Virus record (IMG/VR): IMGVR_UViG_3300035180_002914
Reading direction: 5' to 3' (one strand)
From: an uncultured virus (IMG/VR IMGVR_UViG_3300035180_002914)
Taxonomy: Duplodnaviria; Heunggongvirae; Uroviricota; Caudoviricetes
DNA length: 64,000 nucleotides
Position numbers and translations under genes: made by a program. A model generated the notes under the pieces. That model had not been told where the DNA came from, made no database searches, and saw only the letters and a program-made list of their open reading frames with translations. The number at the start of each line of letters is the position of its first letter. The stretch's first letter is position 1. Below are positions 28,737-39,854 of this stretch, in pieces.

Positions 28737-29147
28737 ATGACATACAATGTAGAACCAATTTGGTATCTCAAAGATCATACTGAAACAGGAATTAATAAAA
28801 TTCCTAATGGTAAGTTGATATTTGTTGTATCGTCAGGCTGTACTTATCAAAAAATTTCAAACGCTGGTCTAAATGGTGACACTACTTTAGGCGACGCAAT
28901 TGATGCTGGTACTTCTTTTATTCAAACTTCTATCCCATTTTTTAAACCAAATACATTTTATAGAGTAAATACTCTAGTAGTCTTTGATGGAGCGATTTAT
29001 AAAAAAATCAATTCTACTAATACTACACTAAATGTATTGAATAAAAACGAATGGGAGAAAATAGGTCTTGGAGAAGAGTATCAAAATGTTGTAAACAGTT
29101 CAATGACGGTAAACAAACTTCTTGCTACCAATTATGGTGGTTTTTAA
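28737..29147 (+). CDS. Short fibre-adaptor protein with the shared N-terminal module
   Basis: N-terminus paralogous to the 23094 and 27077 proteins. Confidence 0.7.
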   Translation: MTYNVEPIWYLKDHTETGINKIPNGKLIFVVSSGCTYQKISNAGLNGDTTLGDAIDAGTSFIQTSIPFFKPNTFYRVNTLVVFDGAIYKKINSTNTTLNVLNKNEWEKIGLGEEYQNVVNSSMTVNKLLATNYGGF

Positions 29148-29173
29148 CTTAACTTTATAGGAGAAAAATATAT

Positions 29174-32100
29174 ATGAGTGCAAACACTGCTCCAATTTTT
29201 CCTTCAGTTCCAAAATCAACAGTAAACAATCTTTATTCAGCTAACACTAATAAAGATGGTTCTTTTGCAACTGCACTTTTTAATACTCCAACAGCTCAAG
29301 TAATTGTTGGTAATAAATTGTACATTGCGGATTCTAATAACCACAGAATTAGAACTGTTGATATGGATACTGGAATGACTGAAACATATTTCGGCTCTGG
29401 TTCTAATGCTTCAATAGACGGTTTCGGAATAAATGCTTCATTCAACAACCCTTATGGTATAACAACAAACGGTACAGACAAACTGTATGTTATAGAAAAT
29501 GCTGGTTGTAGAATCAGACAAATTGATTTAAATAGTAGAGAGGTAATTACTCTTGCTGGTTCTGGTTCTTCTAGTTCTCAAGATGGTATAGGAATATCAG
29601 CTACTATTCAATCTGGTGTAAGTATAACTTATTTGAATGGAAAACTTTACTTTGTTCAACAAGCACAACATAAACTAAGAGTTCTTGACCTTACTACTCT
29701 TGAAGTTTTAACTCTTGCTGGTTCTGGAAATGCTGGTTTTAAACCTGGATTTGGTACTAATGCTCAACTTAACTCTCCAAGATATGTTACTACTGATGGT
29801 ACAGATCTTTATATAACTCAAGTCGGAACAATAGTAAAATATATTGTTGCTACAGGAGAAGTAAGACCATTCTCTGGAAATATTTCACAAACATCTATTT
29901 TCTGTGACACTGATATAGGTGATCAAAAAATAGCTATGTTTAATACTCCGAAAGGTGTAACATACGATGGTACTTATGTTTATGTTGCTGATACAGCTAA
30001 TCACTGTATAAGAAAAATAGACCAAACAAATAATAAAACTATTACTCTTTGCGGTATTGGTGGAACTCCAGGATATGTTGATGGAATCGCTTCAAAGGTT
30101 AAATTCAATCAACCTAGAGGACTATTCTACTATTCAGGTTTCATTTATGTTGCTGATATGGGTAATAACTGTATAAGAAAAGTAAGTGTTGCTGATGGCT
30201 CAGCTACTACTGTAGCAGGTATTTCTTCTGCTGGTTATCTTGACGGAGATATTGCTTCAGCTCAATTTGCTAGTCCTGTTGATATCTGTATAGATAAAAC
30301 AACAAATATGGCTTATGTTGCTGACCAAAATAACAATGTTGTAAGAAGAATAGATCTTACTAATAATGTTGTTTCTACTATAGCTGGTGTTGTTGGAACA
30401 TTCGGATCTACAGACTCTGAAAAAGGTCTAAATGCTACATTCAGTCAATTGACTTCTCTAGCATTAGACGAAACAAATCAATTCCTTTTTGTTGCTGATG
30501 CTTCTGCTAACAAAATTAGAAAGATAGATCTAAAATCAGCAAATTTCGGCGTAACTACTGTTGCTGGTACAGGTTCTGCTGGTTCTTATGATGGTCCAGT
30601 AAATGCTGCTACATTTAACTATCCTTCAGGAATAGCTTTTGACGGATTTGAACAACTTTATGTTGCTGATGTCAATAACAACAAAATAAGAGTAATAGAC
30701 CTTAGAAGTAATACTGTTTTCTCAGTTTATGGTTCAGGTACTGCTGGTTCTACTGATGGTATAGGTGTTCTAGCAACATTCTTCAATCCTTTTGATATTT
30801 TTGTATCTCAAGACAGTAAAACTGCATTTGTTGCTGATACAGGAAACTCAAAAATAAGAGCTATTAATACTCTAACAAAAGAAGTAAATCTTCTTGCTGG
30901 TGCTGGTATAGTTTCTTATGGAGATGGTATTTCTATTCCTTATTCTGCTTCTTTTGGTCTAGTATCTGCTACGGCTTATGATGGTAGATATTACTATATA
31001 GCTGATGCTAACACATATAAAATCAAAAGATATGACCCAATAACAAATACTATTATGTTGATAGCCGGAAACGGAAACTCAAATCTTACTGACGGCTTTG
31101 GTATGGCAGCAAGTTTTGGTGTCATTTCACATATGGAATATGATGCAACTTCAAACTGTCTATATTTCTCAGATACAACAAACCACGCAATAAGAAGACT
31201 TGAGCTAAATAATAACTTCTTCATTTCTACTATGGCTGGAGATGGAAATGCTTCTTACTCTGATGGTGCTGGTTACTTTATGGCTTCAGAAGTTAATGAA
31301 CCTAGAGGCGTATGTTCTGATGGTACTACAGTATACTTTACTGATACTAAAAACAACAAAATAAGAAAATACGATATTGCTACTGGTGTGGTTTCTACTA
31401 TTGCTGGTACAGGACAATTCGGTTCTCTAAACGGAGCTGGTACAAGCGCAACATTTAACCTTCCTAAAGGTATTTGTCTAGACCAAACTAATACAAAACT
31501 ATTTGTTGCTGATACTGGTAATAATATGATTAGACAAATAGATTTGAGTAATAATACTGTTACTACAATCGCTGGTTCTGGAGATAATTCTTCTCTTGAT
31601 GGAAATGGTCTTTCTGCTACATTTAACTATCCTCAAGGTATTACTCAACTAAACGGCGTTCTATATGTTGCAGATACTAACTCAAACAAAATTAGAAGTC
31701 TAACTTATAACTCTACTCTTTCACAATGGGTGGTTGCTACTGTAGCTGGTACTGGTCTAAATGCTGTTTCTCAATTAAATCAAGATAATGCAGGTATAAA
31801 CAGACCTCAATATAATGTTGATGGTAACACTGGAAGCGCTGTTTCATTCTTCCAACCAACAGGCATTACTTGTGACGACCAATATCTATATGTTGCTGAT
31901 ACAGGTAACCAAAGAATTAGAAAAGTAAATCCACTAAATGGTGCTACTACAACTCTTGCTGGTTCTCCTTCTGGTGCAATAGGTGGTACTGACGGTACAG
32001 GTCTAAATGCTAGCTTCTATTCACCTACAGATATTACTTGTGATAAATCTGGTAATATACTATATGTTACTGATACAGGTAATAATAAAATCAGAAAAAT

Positions 32101-35100
32101 TATGACTCAAACTGGTGCTGTTTATACAATTGCTGGTTCTGGTTCTGCTGGTTCTACTGATAACAGTACAGGTACTAATGGTACTCTTAATGGTCCTCTA
32201 GGTCTTTGTGTATCTCCAACTGCTGATTATATCTATGTTGCTGATACAAAATCAAATAAAATCAGAAGAGTTTCAACTTCAGGTTACGCTCTTTCAACTA
32301 TTGTTGGAACCGGTAACACTGGTTCTATGGATGGTGTTGGTCAATATTCTCAAGCTATTCTTGCTTCTCCAAATTTCTGTTATCTAGACGAAGCAAATAA
32401 TGCAGTTTATTTTACAGATGGAAATAAAGTAAGAAAACTAGATAATAAAACTGGTATTATAACTTCTGTTGCTGGTTCAGGTGCTTCTGGTTTTGCTGAT
32501 GGTCCTGCTGTTGGAATTCAAGCGTCATTTAACTCTCCATATAATGTTGTTGTTGATTCAGCTTCTAAATATATGTATGTTGCTGATACTGCCAATAACA
32601 AAATAAGAAGAGTAGAATTAGCTACAGGTAATACTATAACTTTTGCTGGTACAGGTTCTAGCGGTTTTGTTAATGGTGAAGGTCTAAACGCTTCATTTAA
32701 TACTCCTGTTGCTCTATGTTTCTCAAAAGACTTTAATACTCTTTATGTTACTGATAGCGGAAACAATGCGATTAGAAAAATAGATGTTGCTACTGCTAGG
32801 GTTGAAACTCTTGCTGGTGGAGCTAGTGGTTTTGTTGATGGTAACTCTACTTCAGCAAAATTTAATTCACCTAAACAAATTTGTCTAGGTCAAGGTCCAC
32901 TTTCAGATTCTCTACTAGTTGCTGATACAGGAAATAACGCAATCAGAAGAATTGTAATTGCTACAGGTCAAGTTTCTACATATTCTGGTCTTACTTCTGG
33001 ATCTTCAGGAAACTTCCAAGGATATTCATCTGGTACTCCGGCGTCATTTAACAGCCATAAAGGTATTGCTCAATACGGTAGTATACTTTATGTAGCCGAC
33101 TCTAGTAACCACAAAATTAGAAAAATTGATATGAGTACAGGCGCTGTTTCTACTATTTCTGGTACTGGTACTTCTGGTTTTACTGATGGTACTAACGGTG
33201 CTGGTTCAGCATTTAATGGTCCTCAAGGTGTAGCAGTAACAAACGACGGAAATTATCTATATGTTGCTGATACAGGTAACCACGCAATTAGAAAGGTAAC
33301 TATAGCTACTGGTGCTACTACTACTGTTGTTGGTGCTGCTGCTCCAAACGCTACAGCTGGTTATGCTGATGGTAGTCAAGGTTCTTCAAGATTGAATGGT
33401 CCGACTGATGTTATTCTTACTCCAGACAATTCGACTATGTATATTTGTGAAGCTGCTGGTAACAGAATTAGATCTGCGGCTATAAATAACTCTTATTCAA
33501 CTTCAACAATTGCTGGTGCTTCTGGAGCGAATGTTGGTACAGCTGGTGGTGCAGACGGAGCAGGATCTAACGCTACTTGTAATAACCCTTCAGGTGGTTG
33601 TCTTGGTGCTTCTGGTGTATTCTACTTTGTTGATAGCGGTGGTTATACAGTAAGAAAAATAACAGGTCTTCCAAATAATCCAAATGTTACTACAATAGCT
33701 GGTTCATATAACTCTTCTGGTTATGCAGATGGAGCTCCTACAGCTACTGCTAGATTTAAAGCTGTTTATGACATTGCTGTTGACGCAAATGAAGCAAACT
33801 TATATGTTGCTGACGGTGGTAACTATTTGATAAGAAGAATTCCTTTGGATGCTTCCGGAAATGCTGGAAATGTTGTGACAATAGCTGGTAATACTAGCTC
33901 ACAATCTTCTGCTGGTAACCAAGATGGTCAAGGTCCAGGAGGTGGTTCTTATAACGCTCTTATAGGTTCAGTTTATTCTCTATTTGTTGATTCTACAGGT
34001 CAATACTTGTTTATGGCTGATACTACAAACCACGTAATTAGAAGAATGGATTTGACTTCTGGCGACGTCGAAACATACGCAGGTATAAATGGTACTTATG
34101 GTTCTGCTGATGGTATAAGAAAACTTGCAGCGTTTAACAGTCCTATAGGTGTTGCTTGTGCTTCTGATGGTACAGTTTATGTTGGTGATGCTTATAACCA
34201 CAGAGTTAGAAAAATAAATCCTTCTACAGGCTTTGTATCACACGTAACAGGTAGTATTTTTGCTCAACCTGGAAGTCTAGATGGTAAGTATGGTCAACAA
34301 GCAGTATTCAGTAGTTATAATGCTACAGGACAACTTCCTCTAAACGGTAACAATATTTGTAAAATAGGCGGAGATGTATTTGTAGCTGATAATAAAAACG
34401 GTCTAAGAAGAATAGCTTCTGATGGTACTGTATCAACTATTTCTACAAAACCTATGTTCTCAGTTTGTACAGACGGAACAAATGTTTTCACTCTTTCTGC
34501 TAACTGTATTTTGAAATACTCTGGTACAGGTTGGACAACAGAATCTACACTTTCTGGTTCTTATAATACTAGTACACAAACTACAAATACTTGTAGCTCA
34601 ACAGCAAGTTCAAATAATTACTACACTGCTGGTACTAAGAACTCAATGGTTTATTCAGCCGGTAAGATATATGTACAAACTCACGATACATTCAGAGTTG
34701 TTGATACTTCTACTGGTTCAGCTGTTCAACTATCATACAATAATACACAAAATGACTGCTACGGATACTATAGTCCTACAGCAAGTATTCCTACTTTCCA
34801 ATCAGCTTTAAGAGGATTATCTTTCATTTCTAAAAATGTGACTGCTATAGCTGATGTTAGATCTGTAAAACTTTGGAATCAAGCAACAGGTGATATTAGT
34901 ATTCTTGCTGGTAGTGCTCTAAGCGGTCTACAAGATGGTGCTCAAATCAATCTAGTAACTCCTACTGATAATTATGACACATTCTCAAATTATCCAGCGA
35001 AAACAACTAAACTTCCTGATGGCAGAATTGTTTCAATAGGCGGTTCAACTGACGGTACTAACGGTATAAAAACTGTTAAAATAGGAACTGTTTCTGGTAA

Positions 35101-38100
35101 TAGTACTACTTGGGTTGCTTCAACTGACTTCCCTGAAGCTGGTGTAATTGAACACAGTGTAGCTACTCTTCCTGATGGAAAAATTATAGTACTAGGCGGT
35201 TATACTGATTCAAGTAATAAAACTGCTTGCGGTTCTTATATAGGTACTGTTTCTAGCGATAATAAAATTACTTGGACATCTATTTCAGCTTGTCCTAATG
35301 GTACAGCTGACGGTCTTCTTGTTGTATCAGGTTCAAATGTTGTTTACTTGTCAAGCAAAAGCTCTGTTATAGGTAAATATACTGGTAGTGATGTTTCTTG
35401 GGGATCATTGTTTAGCGCTCTTCCTAACTCTGGCGGAGGCGTCACAGGTAAATCTGCTATTACTCTTCCTGACGGTAGAATTTTTGTTACAGGCGGTATG
35501 TACTCTGGTAACTGCCAAAGTGAAGCTTATATAGGTGTTTTAGGAAGTGATACTATTAACTGGACATCAGTAACAAACCTTCCGTACACTATGGCTTATC
35601 ATAAATCTTTAGTTCTTTCTAACGGTTATGTAGTTCTTGTTGGTGGACAAACAGGAAATGGTAAAGCATCGGCTTTAGTTTTCTTTGCTATTATTTCTAA
35701 CAATACTGTAAGTTATATTCAAGGAAATAATCTTGATACAGCAGGTATAGTAGATAGCTTAATACTTCTTTCTTCTTCAGATAATAGAGTTATTCTACTA
35801 GGAATGGGTTCATCTACATCATCATATACAGCAACATCTGAAGTTGGTTATTTGTCTATTCCGCCTACATTCACATCTATTACTGGAATTACAACTGATG
35901 GCACAAATTTCTATGTTTGTGACTCTTCTACTGTAAGAAAAATCACTCAAAACGGTATTGTTACCACAATAGCCGGTTCAGTAATGACTGGTTTTGAAAA
36001 CGGCACTGGAGCAAATGCTACATTCAGTACTACACTTAATGACATAGTTTACTCTTCCGGAGCTAACTGTCTATATGTTGCTGATGCTGGAAACAATGTA
36101 ATCAGAAGAATAGATCTAGCTACAGGAATTGTTTCAATAGCTTGTGGTAATGGTCAAACTTCAATGGGTACAGGTGAAGGTATAAACGCTTCTGTTGGTA
36201 CTGTTATGGCTATGGCTTATGATGCTACAAATCAAGATCTTTGGTTTACAGCTTATTCTTCAGGCGATAGTAATGCTGCTGTTAGAAAATACAATGAAGC
36301 TACTCAACAAGTAATTACAATTGCTGGTAGTGGTAACGGTTCTGTAATAAATGGAAATCTACTTTCTTCTAGATTCTCATCAACTATGAACGGTATCATT
36401 GTTGACTCTAAAAACAAAAAAGTTTATGTTTCTGATACAGGAAACAATGTAGTAAGAGTAATTGATCTTGGCTTCCTTCCATATCCACAAGTATTCTCTT
36501 ATACAGGTTCAGGAGTTTCTTCTCAAACAGGTCACGTAGATTATGTTACTGCTACAGGTATAGGTAAACTTTGCAGTATTGACAAAGATAAATTCCTAGC
36601 TATTACTGCTTCAAGCCTTGGACTTGTGAAATACGATATTAGTAAAAACTTTGTTTCAACAATTATCTCATCATTTGCTGATTCGTATTCTACATCACCA
36701 GCAAAAATGACAAGCTCTAAAACAGCTTTAGGTTCATTCGGTCTTTCTTCTGGTTATTTCTCTGTTGGTCTTGATGGCAATATCTACGCTTATAATAGAG
36801 CAAATTATACTATCACAAAATACGATACTACAACAGGTGAATTTAGTCAATTCCTTGGAACACACGGAGCTTCTGGTTCAGCTTCTAACTGTCCAGCTTA
36901 TAAAACTACATTCTCTGAAACAGGTACATACAATGATAGTATTTCTAATATTGTATGGGAAGATGCGAACACAGTGTGGTTCTTCGGACAACCTTATGTT
37001 AGAAGAATAAGCTTCGCTACTGACGATTGTCAAACAATTAACTCTTCTAACTCTTATGGTTCAACTGACGGACAATACGGATCGTTTACAATCGCACATA
37101 TTCCTGGAGCAATTTATGACTCAAATGATAAGTTGATTTACTTTACAAACTCAAACATCTCTACAGCAGTTACAACTGTTAGATCTTTTGATGTTAACTC
37201 TTATTATGTTGAGACTTATGCTGGTGGTACAAAATACTCTGGTTCTGGAGCATCTAACGACGGCGTAAGACTAAGACCATTGATTACATATCCTTCATAC
37301 CTATCTCTAAGCGAAGATGGTTCAAAACTTTATATAGGTAACTGGAACTCAGGCGACGCTAGAATGAGAAGACTCGACATTTCAACTAATCTAGTTGATA
37401 CTGTTCTGGGTGATGGTACTTCTGGTTCAAATGACACTTACGGAAACTTTACAAGAGTAGGAAACGGCGTTCTAACTCCTTTCTATAAATCTGGAAAAGT
37501 TTATTTTGCTGATTATGCAAACTATAAAGTAAGAGTATATGACGAAACCACAAAACTGACTTCTGTTGTTGCAGGTTCAGGTTATTCTGGTTATACTGAA
37601 GGAAAGGCCGCAGTCGGTATGTTTAACTATCCAATGGGTATAGTAGTCGACACAAATGGCGATATTTATGTTGCTGATAGTTCAAATAACAGAATTAGAA
37701 AAATATCTAACGGACAAATAACAACATTTGCTGGTAAAGGTGTTGCTGGTTTTGCTGATGGTAAACCTAGTGAAGCTATGTTTAACAATCCTAATGGTCT
37801 AGCTTGGTCAAGCGATAAATCTACAATTTATGTAGCTGATACTAATAACAATAGGGTAAGATATATCGACAAAGCCACTGGTAAAGTCGGTACACTTTTC
37901 GGAAACGGTTCAGCTTCTACTGTTGACGGTATCGGTGACTCTGCAGCTATTAATGGTCCAATGCATATGGTAGAATTTGAAGGTAACCTTTATGTTACAG
38001 AATACAGCGGTCATAGAATTAGAAAATACGGCTTGTCTGATAAGAGAGTTTCTGTATTTGCTGGTGACGGTACAAAAGGTTATATAGATGGTACTGGTCA

Positions 38101-39811
38101 AGCCAATACTAGATTTAACAATCCTTGGGGCATTTGTGTATCAAATAACAGAGAGCTTTATGTTGCAGAATACAGTAACCACGTTATTAGAAGAATTGAC
38201 ATAGATACTTGTACAGTACTTCTTATTGCTGGTACTCCACCTAATAACTCAACTTCTGATACAACATATCCAGGTAACGTTGACGGTTATAATACTTCAA
38301 CTAAATTCAACTATCCGAGAGGTATTGTTTGTACTGCTGACGGAACTAGTCTATATGTTGCTGACCAATCTAACTATAAAATAAGAAGAGTATATCCTCA
38401 ACTTAATGTTATGGTTCAAACTTGGGCAGGTACAGGTAACTCTGGTTATGCTGATGGTGTAAACCTTATAGCAAGAATGAATAATCCAAGACAATTTGTT
38501 CTTGATGGCAACGGAAATATGTTTATAGCTGATAGCGGTAACAATGTTATTAGAAAAATGAAACTTTCAACAGGTTTCTTAACTACTATTGCTGGTGATA
38601 CATCTGGATCTTCTAGTGATGGTACTGGTTGGGGTATTGCTTCTGATGGTCCAAAATCGAAATTCAACTATCCTGCAGGTATAGCTTTCGATGGTAACTT
38701 CTTGTATGTAGCTGATTATTCAGGTTACAGAATAAGAAAAGTAAATCCATATAATGGTTATACTACAACTATAGCAGGTAGCGGACAAGGGTTCTTAGAT
38801 GGAAATGGAACTTCAGCAAGTTTCTATAATCCAGCTAAACTTTCTCTTGATGCGTCTAAAGAAAACCTTTATATAGTTGATGTTGGATATTCAAAAATAA
38901 GAGTTATGGATATTCAAAGCGGTCTTGTTTCTACACTAGTAAATACTAGTGGTAAGTCAAACAGTTACGGTATAGGTAATATTGCTCAAGTTCCATTGAA
39001 TTTGACAATTCATAGTCAAATTACTTGGATTAGTCCAACTCAATTCCTAATAGGAAACTCAGCTTATGTTTCAAAAGTAGATATTTCTAGTAAAACTCTC
39101 ACAATGGAACTTGGTGTCGGTTCTTATCCTGGAAATTGTATGGGTAAAAAAGCGACTTATCAGTCTACACCAATAGGTATGACAAAAGTCGGTTCAACTT
39201 GGTATGTCTCAGATGTAACAAAAATTAAAACTGTCGATGATGCTACAGGAATATCTGCTTACTTTGCAGGAAATCCTTTTGGTCAATCTGGTTTTGTTGA
39301 TGGTAGTGGTGGTCTTTCTGCTGCTCTATTCGGTTCTATTGCTGATATTAAATATAGCGCTTCAAGAAACGCACTCTTTATTCTTGATTCACAATATCAT
39401 AAAGTAAGAAAAATCGATTTGACAACAGGAAAAGTTTCTACTCTAGCTGGTAGCAATTTCGGTATAGCAGGTTACTCTGATGATACTATGAAACTTGTTT
39501 ATGCTGCTGGTCCTTATGGTTCTAGACTAGATACATTCAAAGTCAGACCTACATCTACTACAGGTTCAACAGTAGTAAGGTTCTTCTTGAATAATGGTGG
39601 AGATGTCAAGATAAAAGAAAACAACTCAATGATAGCGGAAATCTCTGTTCCTTCTATATCAACTACAGAGACAGGCGCTCAAAGTGAGTTCTTCTATTAT
39701 CCAAATCTTTCTCTTGATAGTGGTATGAGAGTTTATGCTACTCTTGGTACTGCTACATCATATGGTCCAAATTCTCCGATAGCTGTTACAGTATTCGGTG
39801 GTGATTACTAA
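29174..39811 (+). CDS. Giant (3545 aa) NHL-repeat multi-beta-propeller protein with a central Kelch-like propeller; probable virion appendage or adhesin
   Basis: Dozens of F..P.GI....LYVADT.N..IRKID...V.T.AG.G..G..DG repeats; LPDGRI..GG repeats at ~34946-35863. Confidence 0.9.
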   Translation: MSANTAPIFPSVPKSTVNNLYSANTNKDGSFATALFNTPTAQVIVGNKLYIADSNNHRIRTVDMDTGMTETYFGSGSNASIDGFGINASFNNPYGITTNGTDKLYVIENAGCRIRQIDLNSREVITLAGSGSSSSQDGIGISATIQSGVSITYLNGKLYFVQQAQHKLRVLDLTTLEVLTLAGSGNAGFKPGFGTNAQLNSPRYVTTDGTDLYITQVGTIVKYIVATGEVRPFSGNISQTSIFCDTDIGDQKIAMFNTPKGVTYDGTYVYVADTANHCIRKIDQTNNKTITLCGIGGTPGYVDGIASKVKFNQPRGLFYYSGFIYVADMGNNCIRKVSVADGSATTVAGISSAGYLDGDIASAQFASPVDICIDKTTNMAYVADQNNNVVRRIDLTNNVVSTIAGVVGTFGSTDSEKGLNATFSQLTSLALDETNQFLFVADASANKIRKIDLKSANFGVTTVAGTGSAGSYDGPVNAATFNYPSGIAFDGFEQLYVADVNNNKIRVIDLRSNTVFSVYGSGTAGSTDGIGVLATFFNPFDIFVSQDSKTAFVADTGNSKIRAINTLTKEVNLLAGAGIVSYGDGISIPYSASFGLVSATAYDGRYYYIADANTYKIKRYDPITNTIMLIAGNGNSNLTDGFGMAASFGVISHMEYDATSNCLYFSDTTNHAIRRLELNNNFFISTMAGDGNASYSDGAGYFMASEVNEPRGVCSDGTTVYFTDTKNNKIRKYDIATGVVSTIAGTGQFGSLNGAGTSATFNLPKGICLDQTNTKLFVADTGNNMIRQIDLSNNTVTTIAGSGDNSSLDGNGLSATFNYPQGITQLNGVLYVADTNSNKIRSLTYNSTLSQWVVATVAGTGLNAVSQLNQDNAGINRPQYNVDGNTGSAVSFFQPTGITCDDQYLYVADTGNQRIRKVNPLNGATTTLAGSPSGAIGGTDGTGLNASFYSPTDITCDKSGNILYVTDTGNNKIRKIMTQTGAVYTIAGSGSAGSTDNSTGTNGTLNGPLGLCVSPTADYIYVADTKSNKIRRVSTSGYALSTIVGTGNTGSMDGVGQYSQAILASPNFCYLDEANNAVYFTDGNKVRKLDNKTGIITSVAGSGASGFADGPAVGIQASFNSPYNVVVDSASKYMYVADTANNKIRRVELATGNTITFAGTGSSGFVNGEGLNASFNTPVALCFSKDFNTLYVTDSGNNAIRKIDVATARVETLAGGASGFVDGNSTSAKFNSPKQICLGQGPLSDSLLVADTGNNAIRRIVIATGQVSTYSGLTSGSSGNFQGYSSGTPASFNSHKGIAQYGSILYVADSSNHKIRKIDMSTGAVSTISGTGTSGFTDGTNGAGSAFNGPQGVAVTNDGNYLYVADTGNHAIRKVTIATGATTTVVGAAAPNATAGYADGSQGSSRLNGPTDVILTPDNSTMYICEAAGNRIRSAAINNSYSTSTIAGASGANVGTAGGADGAGSNATCNNPSGGCLGASGVFYFVDSGGYTVRKITGLPNNPNVTTIAGSYNSSGYADGAPTATARFKAVYDIAVDANEANLYVADGGNYLIRRIPLDASGNAGNVVTIAGNTSSQSSAGNQDGQGPGGGSYNALIGSVYSLFVDSTGQYLFMADTTNHVIRRMDLTSGDVETYAGINGTYGSADGIRKLAAFNSPIGVACASDGTVYVGDAYNHRVRKINPSTGFVSHVTGSIFAQPGSLDGKYGQQAVFSSYNATGQLPLNGNNICKIGGDVFVADNKNGLRRIASDGTVSTISTKPMFSVCTDGTNVFTLSANCILKYSGTGWTTESTLSGSYNTSTQTTNTCSSTASSNNYYTAGTKNSMVYSAGKIYVQTHDTFRVVDTSTGSAVQLSYNNTQNDCYGYYSPTASIPTFQSALRGLSFISKNVTAIADVRSVKLWNQATGDISILAGSALSGLQDGAQINLVTPTDNYDTFSNYPAKTTKLPDGRIVSIGGSTDGTNGIKTVKIGTVSGNSTTWVASTDFPEAGVIEHSVATLPDGKIIVLGGYTDSSNKTACGSYIGTVSSDNKITWTSISACPNGTADGLLVVSGSNVVYLSSKSSVIGKYTGSDVSWGSLFSALPNSGGGVTGKSAITLPDGRIFVTGGMYSGNCQSEAYIGVLGSDTINWTSVTNLPYTMAYHKSLVLSNGYVVLVGGQTGNGKASALVFFAIISNNTVSYIQGNNLDTAGIVDSLILLSSSDNRVILLGMGSSTSSYTATSEVGYLSIPPTFTSITGITTDGTNFYVCDSSTVRKITQNGIVTTIAGSVMTGFENGTGANATFSTTLNDIVYSSGANCLYVADAGNNVIRRIDLATGIVSIACGNGQTSMGTGEGINASVGTVMAMAYDATNQDLWFTAYSSGDSNAAVRKYNEATQQVITIAGSGNGSVINGNLLSSRFSSTMNGIIVDSKNKKVYVSDTGNNVVRVIDLGFLPYPQVFSYTGSGVSSQTGHVDYVTATGIGKLCSIDKDKFLAITASSLGLVKYDISKNFVSTIISSFADSYSTSPAKMTSSKTALGSFGLSSGYFSVGLDGNIYAYNRANYTITKYDTTTGEFSQFLGTHGASGSASNCPAYKTTFSETGTYNDSISNIVWEDANTVWFFGQPYVRRISFATDDCQTINSSNSYGSTDGQYGSFTIAHIPGAIYDSNDKLIYFTNSNISTAVTTVRSFDVNSYYVETYAGGTKYSGSGASNDGVRLRPLITYPSYLSLSEDGSKLYIGNWNSGDARMRRLDISTNLVDTVLGDGTSGSNDTYGNFTRVGNGVLTPFYKSGKVYFADYANYKVRVYDETTKLTSVVAGSGYSGYTEGKAAVGMFNYPMGIVVDTNGDIYVADSSNNRIRKISNGQITTFAGKGVAGFADGKPSEAMFNNPNGLAWSSDKSTIYVADTNNNRVRYIDKATGKVGTLFGNGSASTVDGIGDSAAINGPMHMVEFEGNLYVTEYSGHRIRKYGLSDKRVSVFAGDGTKGYIDGTGQANTRFNNPWGICVSNNRELYVAEYSNHVIRRIDIDTCTVLLIAGTPPNNSTSDTTYPGNVDGYNTSTKFNYPRGIVCTADGTSLYVADQSNYKIRRVYPQLNVMVQTWAGTGNSGYADGVNLIARMNNPRQFVLDGNGNMFIADSGNNVIRKMKLSTGFLTTIAGDTSGSSSDGTGWGIASDGPKSKFNYPAGIAFDGNFLYVADYSGYRIRKVNPYNGYTTTIAGSGQGFLDGNGTSASFYNPAKLSLDASKENLYIVDVGYSKIRVMDIQSGLVSTLVNTSGKSNSYGIGNIAQVPLNLTIHSQITWISPTQFLIGNSAYVSKVDISSKTLTMELGVGSYPGNCMGKKATYQSTPIGMTKVGSTWYVSDVTKIKTVDDATGISAYFAGNPFGQSGFVDGSGGLSAALFGSIADIKYSASRNALFILDSQYHKVRKIDLTTGKVSTLAGSNFGIAGYSDDTMKLVYAAGPYGSRLDTFKVRPTSTTGSTVVRFFLNNGGDVKIKENNSMIAEISVPSISTTETGAQSEFFYYPNLSLDSGMRVYATLGTATSYGPNSPIAVTVFGGDY

Positions 39812-39843
39812 AAAAGAGAGGGCTTAAGCCCTCTCCTTTATTA
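39812..39843 (+). terminator. Intrinsic terminator
   Basis: GAGAGGGC-ttaa-GCCCTCTC followed by CTTTATT. Confidence 0.7.
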
Positions 39844-39854
39844 AAGGATTTTTA

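Noticed and set aside
23094..39811. Diversity-generating retroelement or invertible shufflon acting on fibre genes
   Set aside because: No reverse transcriptase, recombinase, template/variable repeat pair or inverted crossover sites seen.
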